Part shown: one piece after another, positions 33,887 through 40,847 of the stretch
Layout of the letters: each line of letters opens with the position of its first letter
How positions within the stretch are numbered: position 1 is the first letter of the stretch
Position numbers and translations under genes: made by a program
Assembly (NCBI RefSeq): GCF_006345805.1
Contig: NW_021835304.1
Location: 1 to 40,847, forward strand
Source of the DNA: Octopus sinensis
Taxonomy: Eukaryota
DNA length: 40,847 bases
Direction: 5' to 3'
The notes under the pieces: model-generated
Seen by the model: only the letters and a program-made list of their open reading frames with translations
Databases searched by the model: none
Told to the model about the DNA's origin: nothing

Positions 33887-34424
33887 GATGAAAATAATTA
33901 GTTTTTTTTTCTTTTTTTTTCTTTTCCTCGTTGGAAGGTTTCTATTACAGGAGCCGAAGAGAATATGATGTCAGCTGGAGATAAATGTAAAATGGAGTCT
34001 GTGCGATTGTTATCTGAGATATATTCAAGGGAAGATGGTCGTTAACAATGACCTGGATAGCAGTGAGCCAGGCAAATGGCTTTTAATCACTTGCTTCTAT
34101 TATTGTGTAGTTCCAGGTTAGCCTTCATCCAGCAGACAAATGATCAAAGCCACTCCAGCTCTGGCTATTCCGCTCTCTTTTCTGTTTTTTTTATTTATTT
34201 CTTGGTGTCATTGTATTTTTTTAGCGTTACATTGCGCAACGTGTCCCTCCATTTATTCAAGTCAGTAGGGATGGCAAGAGGAAGACTTGTTCTGCTATTA
34301 TTAGAAGGTCGAGAACCAGGTAGTAACAACTTCCGTGTCTTCAAGAATTTGTTTTGCTTCCTGGCGTTCGAATCCTTCGGATCTCTGAGGAATGATATTC
34401 CAGCCGCGACAATCCTGCCTTGTT

Positions 34425-34780
34425 GTTTAACCCAAGGCCAGCTTTGATCCACGTCTATGACACTAGACGCTCTAGCCATGACCAATGTGTCTTGTTTAAC
34501 ACTAACTCAATTTACATCCAAGAGATTTACGAGACACGCAAGCCGTGACCATCCTGTCGACATGTTTAACGTTAGGTTAGCCTTGATACAGAAGGTCTAT
34601 GATGTTAGACAATCCAGCAATGACGATCCCGTATTGTTTAACCCCACCTCAGCCTTCATCCAGGAGTTCGAAGACAACCCGGTTGTGTCTTTCCTATTTT
34701 ATTGTGTAGCCTTATTTTAACTTTGATCTAGTAGACCTATGGTCAAAGACAATCCAGTGGTGACCATCCCGTCCACATTC
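34425..34780. repeat. Decayed ~69-72-bp tandem repeat
   Basis: GTTTAAC at 34425, 34494, 34564 and 34636; shared AGCCTT.ATCCAG...TATGA...AGACAATCCAG...TGACCATCCCGT. Confidence 0.75.
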
Positions 34781-34849
34781 TTCAGACATTATATATATAT
34801 CCGACTGCATTATGCAATATCTTCTTCCAGTTTTTAAGACAACAGTGTA

Positions 34850-35404
34850 TGAAGGTGAGTCAAAAAGTAATGCCATTTTGTTTAGGACAGGTATAATTAC
34901 CAACACAGGACCATAATTACCAACACAGGACCAAAATGAAGCTGGCCCTCTGTGGATCACATCCCTACTTCTCAACATAGTCACCGTTTCTCTCAATAGC
35001 AATGTTCCACCTTCAAATGAAAGCATGTATCCCAGCCCGGTAAAATTCTGTTGACTGTTCTTTGAGCCACTTCTTCACTACAGTTTTCGCTTCCTCGTCA
35101 CTGGACTATCATCTCTTCGGCCCCATGAAAGAGGGTTTGAGAGGCAAACATTATTCCAGTGACGAGGAAGTGAAAACTGTAGCAAAGAAGTAGCTCAAAG
35201 AACAGTCAACAGAATTTTACGGGGCAGAGAACCATGCTCTCATTCGAAGGTGGAACATTGCTATTGAGAGAATCGGTGACTATGTTGAGAAGTAGGGATA
35301 TGATCCACAGAGGACCAGCTTCATTTTGATGTATGATACATGTTCCTGTGTTGGTAATTATACCTTTCCTAAACAAAATGGCATTACTTTTTGACTCACC
35401 CTCG
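34850..35404. mobile_element. Mariner-derived fold-back MITE (two inverted copies of the transposon 3' end)
   Basis: TA at 34848-49 and 35405-06; arms 34850-35105 and 35155-35404 are reverse complements; the right part encodes DYHLFGPMKEGLRGKHYSSDEEVK...RRWNIAIERIGDYVEK* (mariner transposase C-terminus). Confidence 0.92.
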
Positions 35405-35589
35405 TATGATTTGAAGTAGATTTGACTGCTATATCTAGCCTGTTGGATGACCACGTATACGACTGTCACCTGAAAAATCTGGATAAAAATAGTATGATGT
35501 GGCTATTGTGCTAGACGTTGGTGTAGTAGTTATTCTTGTAGTATTCATATTCGAATTAGTGTTGTTGTTGTTGTTGTTGTTGTTGTGTA

Positions 35590-35925
35590 GGGACGTGGCT
35601 TGGTGGGTAGGGTTTTCTGTAAACGATCGCATGGGATTGAGTTCGAGACACGGCGGCGCGTTTTGGCCTTGGGCGAGACACTTTCTTTCATGTTTCTTCC
35701 GTCCACTCAGCTGGCAAAATTGAGTTGTAACTGTAATTTAAAGGGCCAGCCATGTCACATTCCGTGTCACACAGAATCTCCCCGAGAACCACATTAAGGG
35801 TATGTGTGTCTGAAGAGTGCTCAGCCACTTGTCCGTTAATTTCCCGAGCAGGCTGCTCCGTCGATCGGATCAACTGGAATACTCGTCGTCGTAAACGACG
35901 GAGGACCAGTGTTGTAGTTTTTGTC
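35590..35925 (+). mobile_element. tRNA-headed SINE family D
   Basis: A/B-box-like head, CCTTGGGCGAGACAC core, ...GTGCTCAGCCACTTG...GATCAACTGG 3' part; homologous to 40603-40847. Confidence 0.82.
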
Positions 35926-35954
35926 AAACATCATACTACCACCACAACAGTTCC

Positions 35955-36150
35955 TGATTTAGATCCATGGTCACAAAATTTTCCGGCGAGGGTTTAGCCA
36001 ATGCCATTAGCGTCCAGTGCTCGACTGGTTCTGTATTCGATTGACTCGGCAGGAGGCGAAGTCAACCAAGGCAAGATGTGAACTCATAACAGAGAAAGTC
36101 CGAAGAAATACGCTCTAACGATTTTCTCCGACGCTCTAACGATTCTGCCG
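35955..36150 (-). mobile_element. Old SINE family B-like copy
   Basis: Reverse complement GGCAGAATCGTTAGAGCGTCGG...GAGTTCACATC...GTTGACTTCGCC...ACCAGTCGAGCACTGG. Confidence 0.6.
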
Positions 36151-36152
36151 AC

Positions 36153-36187
<35 letters not shown>

Positions 36188-36612
36188 GCTGCTACTACTA
36201 CTACTACTACAATTACTACTACCACCGCTGCTGCTGCTGCTACTACTACTACTACTACTACTACTTCTGCTGGTACTACTACTACTACTACTACTCCTAC
36301 TACTACTACTACTACTACTACTACTCCTCCAACGGCAATAGATAAATCCAGGAAATTCCTTTCGTTCGCCAAATATCATGTAACGTTTCTAAAATTCTAT
36401 CTTCAACGTTTCAATTAGACGTGCGTAAGACATATGCGTAAGTATGGCGCCTCTCCATAACCACGCCCACCACCAGCAATACCGTACCCAGCATAAAAGG
36501 AGTTGTAAAACAAAAACGATGACAACAGTGTGGCAGCGGTGATTAAGGGGCTTTCAACAAAGCCCACGGATATATAACTGAATTAAAGATAAGTGAAAAG
36601 TTAAGTTATAGC

Positions 36613-36692
36613 TGTCAACTGGGACTGAACTCACCAATTTTTCTCGGTCCTGGAGACGTGAAGTGGCGCCTTACCAACTGAGCTATGTTGAC
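36613..36692 (-). pseudogene. tRNA-like sequence (pseudo-tRNA or SINE head)
   Basis: GTCAAC...GTTGAC-A acceptor-like stem, TAGCTCAGTTGGTAAGGC A box, GAGTTCAGTCCC B box; no canonical anticodon arm. Confidence 0.55.
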
Positions 36693-36946
36693 ATGTCTTG
36701 ATAAAGATCCGATAAATATATCCTGAATATTTCCTCTCGTGATATCTGCCGGAATATTCTGGAGGGGTGGGTGATTATGAGAAGGGGTGGTATTCTGTTT
36801 ATCTACCTATTTCTTTTTGGTGGGGGGTGGGGGGTAGGTTTCGTGGTATTCCTTCTGATATTTTTAAAGTATTCAACAACAACCATAACAATAACAACAA
36901 CAACAGCAATTACAATAACGATATCAATAACAACGATAACAATCCC

Positions 36947-37157
36947 TTCTACTTACAGACACAAGGCCTGAAATTTGGTGGAGGGGGATAGTCAATTACA
37001 TCAATCCCCAGTACTCGACTGGTACTTAATTTATCGACCCCGAAAGGATAAAAGGCAAAGTCGATCTCGGTGGAATTTGAACTCAGAACGTAACGGCAGA
37101 CGAAACACGGCTACGAATTTCGTTGGGCGTGCTAACGTTTCTGCCACCTCGCCACCG
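36947..37157 (-). mobile_element. SINE family B monomer
   Basis: Full head GGTGGCGAGGTGGCAGAAACGTTAGCACGCC and 3' AAATTTCAGGCCTTGTG on the minus strand. Confidence 0.9.
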
Positions 37158-37197
37158 TAACAACAACAACAACAACAGCCTCAACAACAATAATTAT

Positions 37198-37736
37198 AAA
37201 CGCCCTGATGCAGTACCAGGCAGTGGCTCTCATGGCTTCTGATCATAACTCATTGGAAGTGTTATCGTGTACATGTTTAGTCTTGGTATAAAAGATGGGC
37301 TACAGCAAATATTCTGCTCAATACCACAGATGACCCGTACAACCAGTTGAGCATGTTCCCTTAGTGGCTGACGATATGTGCATCTCTGATCACGAGTAGA
37401 AGTAGTGGGGGAGCATCATAGCCATGTGTTGAGAGGATTCTTTGGGTTTGAATATTCACCTCTGGAAACATGGGTGTTTCGTTCAACATCCTTAAACAAT
37501 CCTTATTCATGGACCTTTTGAAGGGGATGGTTACTCGACCAGGAGAAAATTCTAACTGGGTCCCACCTGCAAGGTCATATGCTGTATATCTTGATAAGAT
37601 CACCATGTCGTGCACATATGGTGTGATGCATGTGCCTGGTGTATCTTTATCAGATGGGTAGTCATGATGGGTATATTGGGCTTCGTATATTTTACCCCAG
37701 TGTCACTTTGACGGCATACACTGCTCTCTCAGACTC
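37198..37736 (+). mobile_element. Family E element, second copy, in (TAA)n
   Basis: AAACGCCCTGATGCAGTACC...CTGCTCTCTCAGACTC-AATAATAAT; same ends as 18086-18641. Confidence 0.85.
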
Positions 37737-37767
37737 AATAATAATAATGTATAATAATAATAATATC

Positions 37768-37815
<48 letters not shown>

Positions 37816-37974
37816 TTAATATAATAATAATAAAAAATAATAATAATAATAAAATAATATAATAATAATAAAATAATAATAATAATAAAAACAACAACAG
37901 TAGCAGTAACAACACTAACAACGACCTCAATAGCTGTAGCGGCAATAATAGCTACAATGAGAAGCAACATTATT

Positions 37975-38645
37975 GGCACTCCGTCGGCGACTACGGGGAG
38001 TGTCCCAGCAGATCTGATCAACAAAACAGCCTGCTCATGAAGCTAACATACATGTGGCTGAGCTCTTTAACAGACATGCGTAGCGTTAATGTAGTCTCTG
38101 AGGGAGATTCCGAGTGATGCGGAAAGTAACAAAGCTGGCCCTTTCAGTTACGAATGCTCTCTCTTTTACTCTTTTACTCTTTTACTTGTTTCAGTCATTT
38201 GACTGCGGCCATGCTGGAGCACCGCCTTTAGTCGAGCAAATCGACCCCGAGACTTATTCTATCGGTCTCTTTTTGCCGAACCGCTAAGTGACGGGGATGT
38301 AAACACACCAGCATCGGTTGTCAAGCAATGCTAGGGGGACAAACACAGACACACAAACATACACACACATATATATAGGACAGGCTTCTTTCAGTTTCCG
38401 TCTACCAAATCCACTCACAAGGCATTGGTCGGCCCGGGGCTATAGCACTTGCCCAAGATGCCACGCAGTGGGACTGAACCCGGAACCATGTGGTTGGTTA
38501 GCAAGCTACTTACCACACAGCCACTCCTGCGCCTGAGTACAACTCAGTTTTTGGCAGCTGAATGAACTGGGGCAGCCGGAAATCGAACTCACTGTCTTAC
38601 GATCGATCATGAGCCGAATATCCCTAACCACTAAGCGACATTCCT
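37975..38645 (-). mobile_element. SINE family D split by a nested family A copy
   Basis: D head and core at 38535-38645 and D 3' part at 37975-38155 are contiguous once 38157-38533 is removed. Confidence 0.75.
38157..38533 (-). mobile_element. SINE family A, near full length, nested in family D
   Basis: Nearly identical to 2024-2404. Confidence 0.92.
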
Positions 38646-38859
38646 TCACAGCAGGAACATTAAACACACAACAACAATCGCGACAGTAGCAGCAGCAGCA
38701 GCAACAATAACAACAACAACAACAACAACAACAACACCGCCAACGACAAAAGTACCAAAGGAATAATGGCAAATTCTTCGCTGCTTTACTTTTATAATCT
38801 TGGAATATTTTCTTCAAAGAGAAGCATGAATGTGATGAGAGGGGAGAAGGAATAGGTAG

Positions 38860-39100
38860 AGGAGGAGGAGGAGAAGTAGAAGAAGAAGAAGAAGAAGAGG
38901 AATAAGAATAAGAAGAAGAAGAAGAAGAAGAAGGAAGAAAGGAAGAAGAAGAAGAAGAAGAAGAGGGAAGAAGAAGAAGAAGAAGAAGGAGAAGAAAAAA
39001 GAAGAAGGAGAAGAAGATGAAGGAGAAGAAGAAGAAGGAGAAGAAGAAGAAGGAGAAGAAGAAGAAGAAGAAGAGGGAGAAGAAGAGGGAGAAGAAATAG
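38860..39100. repeat. (GAA/GGA)n polypurine tract
   Basis: Direct inspection; almost no pyrimidines on the + strand. Confidence 0.95.
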
Positions 39101-39200
39101 CGCCAAAACATTGCAATCTAGACTTATAAAAGTAACAGAACTTAGCACAAACATATATATATATATATATATACACATACATGCACACATATTGATATAG

Positions 39201-39245
<45 letters not shown>

Positions 39246-39478
39246 AGAGAGTTAGCCGTATCAGTTACTATATCAAAGTATCTCAGTCAACACTTGTGAT
39301 GGTGTTGGTAGGGAGAGGGTGGTGGCGGCGGCGGTGGTCTCATGTGTTATCGCCGTGGTGAAGTTCAGGTGTTAAGCGTGTAACTTTTAATACTATCAGG
39401 AAACGGGACACAGGCGTTTATCACGGATCTTAGCTGCAAAAGACTCACAACACGCAACTGAATGTATGTATGTATAAT

Positions 39479-39523
<45 letters not shown>

Positions 39524-39786
39524 CATATATTTATAGCATATACATACTTATTATACAATCATATATACATACATACAAATATATATATATATATATATAT
39601 ATACAATCTCTCTCTCTCTTTCTCTCTCCTCTCTCTCTCTATATATATAAGATATGTGTACGTATATACATATATGTATACATGTAAAGGCATACATATA
39701 TATAACATATATATAAATATATCATAAATATTATGCGTACTTGTGTGTATATATATATATTATATCTATAGATATATATTAATATA

Positions 39787-39818
<32 letters not shown>

Positions 39819-40602
39819 AACATATATAGATATAATATATACTATATGTATTATATATATTATTGTTATATGTATGTGTATGAGCCTGTATTTGTTTGCA
39901 TACATATAATCTGTGTATGTGTGTGCATATGTATACTCAAAAATTTATATATATGTATATATATACATATGTATATATATATATGTATATATATACATAT
40001 GTATGTATATTTATGTATATTATGTATGTATTTAGAAGTGTGTGCGTCTACGCGAGAGTGAATCTTTATGATCGTGGTAAGCGTGGTGGTGTATACATGC
40101 ATATATGAATGTATGCGTGTAAGACGTAGAAACATAAGGATATATATACTTATTTTATCGACCTCTGAACAGATAAAGACATCGTCAGTTCTAAATGTAT
40201 CAGAAAACGGAACTGGAATAAAACTTTGGAAGTCTTTGAATAAAAAGAAATTGAATACGTGAGAAAAACAAAGTTTCGTGGTGTTTATGGTGAAGAAACG
40301 GCAGCAATTCCATGAGACAGGCACAAACTCGTACAGTCTGCACTAGAAAATAATCACACGAGTAAATAATATATACCTTTTTGATATCTCATGAATTATA
40401 TCACATCAACACCAACTAAATTTAGCTCTATTTGTGTTGGTCACCAATGGATTCAGTTGAAATGCTTAAAGACATGTTAGCCTAGTTTATGAATGCTGCC
40501 CACTTCGTTCGTGTGTGTATGTATGCGTGTGGTGCGTGTATGTATGTATGTATGTATGTATCTATGTATGTATGTATCTATGTATGTATGTATGTATGTA
40601 TG

Positions 40603-40847
40603 TGGCACAGTGGTTAGGGCATTCGGTTCACGATCGTAATGTCGTGAGTTCAATTCCCGGTGGCGCGTTGTGTCCTTGAGCAAGACACTTTATTTCACGT
40701 TGCTCCAGTCCACTCACCTGACAAAAGTGAGTTGTACCTGTATTTCAAAGCGTCAGCTTTGTTACTCTCTGTGTCACGATGAATCTCCCTAAGAACTACG
40801 TTAAGGGTACTCGTGTCTGTGGAGTGCTCAGCCACTTGCACGTTAAT
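40603..40847 (+). mobile_element. SINE family D, running off the window end
   Basis: TGGCACAGTGGTTAGGGC A box, GAGTTCAATTCCC B box, GTTGTGTCCTTGAGCAAGACAC core. Confidence 0.88.

Noticed and set aside
40140-40265. Possible small exon (…CTGAACAG|ATAAAG…GAATAC|GTGAG) with one open frame
   Set aside because: Weak polypyrimidine tract, no recognisable peptide and no partner exons; AG/GT pairs arise by chance.
1-40847. Most ORFs in the supplied track (poly-YI, HT, VC, II, SS, LL etc.)
   Set aside because: They are translations of di- and trinucleotide microsatellites or SINE sequence, with no domain content.
1-40847. CRISPR-like array or prokaryotic defence system
   Set aside because: Repeated GTCGAC-containing motifs belong to SINE family B units with homologous rather than unique spacers; the sequence is eukaryotic repeat DNA with no cas-like ORF.

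Overview
Eukaryotic, repeat-saturated non-genic DNA. The SINE families and microsatellite load look like a coleoid cephalopod (octopus) genome; this is my recognition and inference, not a database result. I can support no host protein-coding gene, rRNA, CRISPR array or operon-like system, and nearly all listed ORFs are microsatellite or low-complexity artefacts. The window is a mosaic of mobile elements: (i) four tRNA-headed SINE families (labelled A-D here); (ii) R4/Dong-like restriction-like-endonuclease (RLE) LINE fragments stacked in (TAA)n tracts, plus other RLE lineages; (iii) a CR1-group LINE 3' end whose tail matches SINE family A; (iv) a decayed maT (DD37D) transposon, a fold-back mariner MITE, a Tigger-like MITE and a non-autonomous Helitron; (v) a Penelope GIY-YIG relic. 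The most interesting signal is a set of five minimal type-I hammerhead-ribozyme (HHR)-like motifs with palindromic stem III, one inside a ~273-bp degenerate tandem unit resembling a retrozyme or Penelope pseudo-LTR. Also notable are a ~550-bp element with fixed ends found only in (TAA)n, a perfect 44-bp palindrome and a 124-bp hairpin. Element boundaries are approximate (a few to tens of bp) unless a TIR, TSD or motif is quoted.
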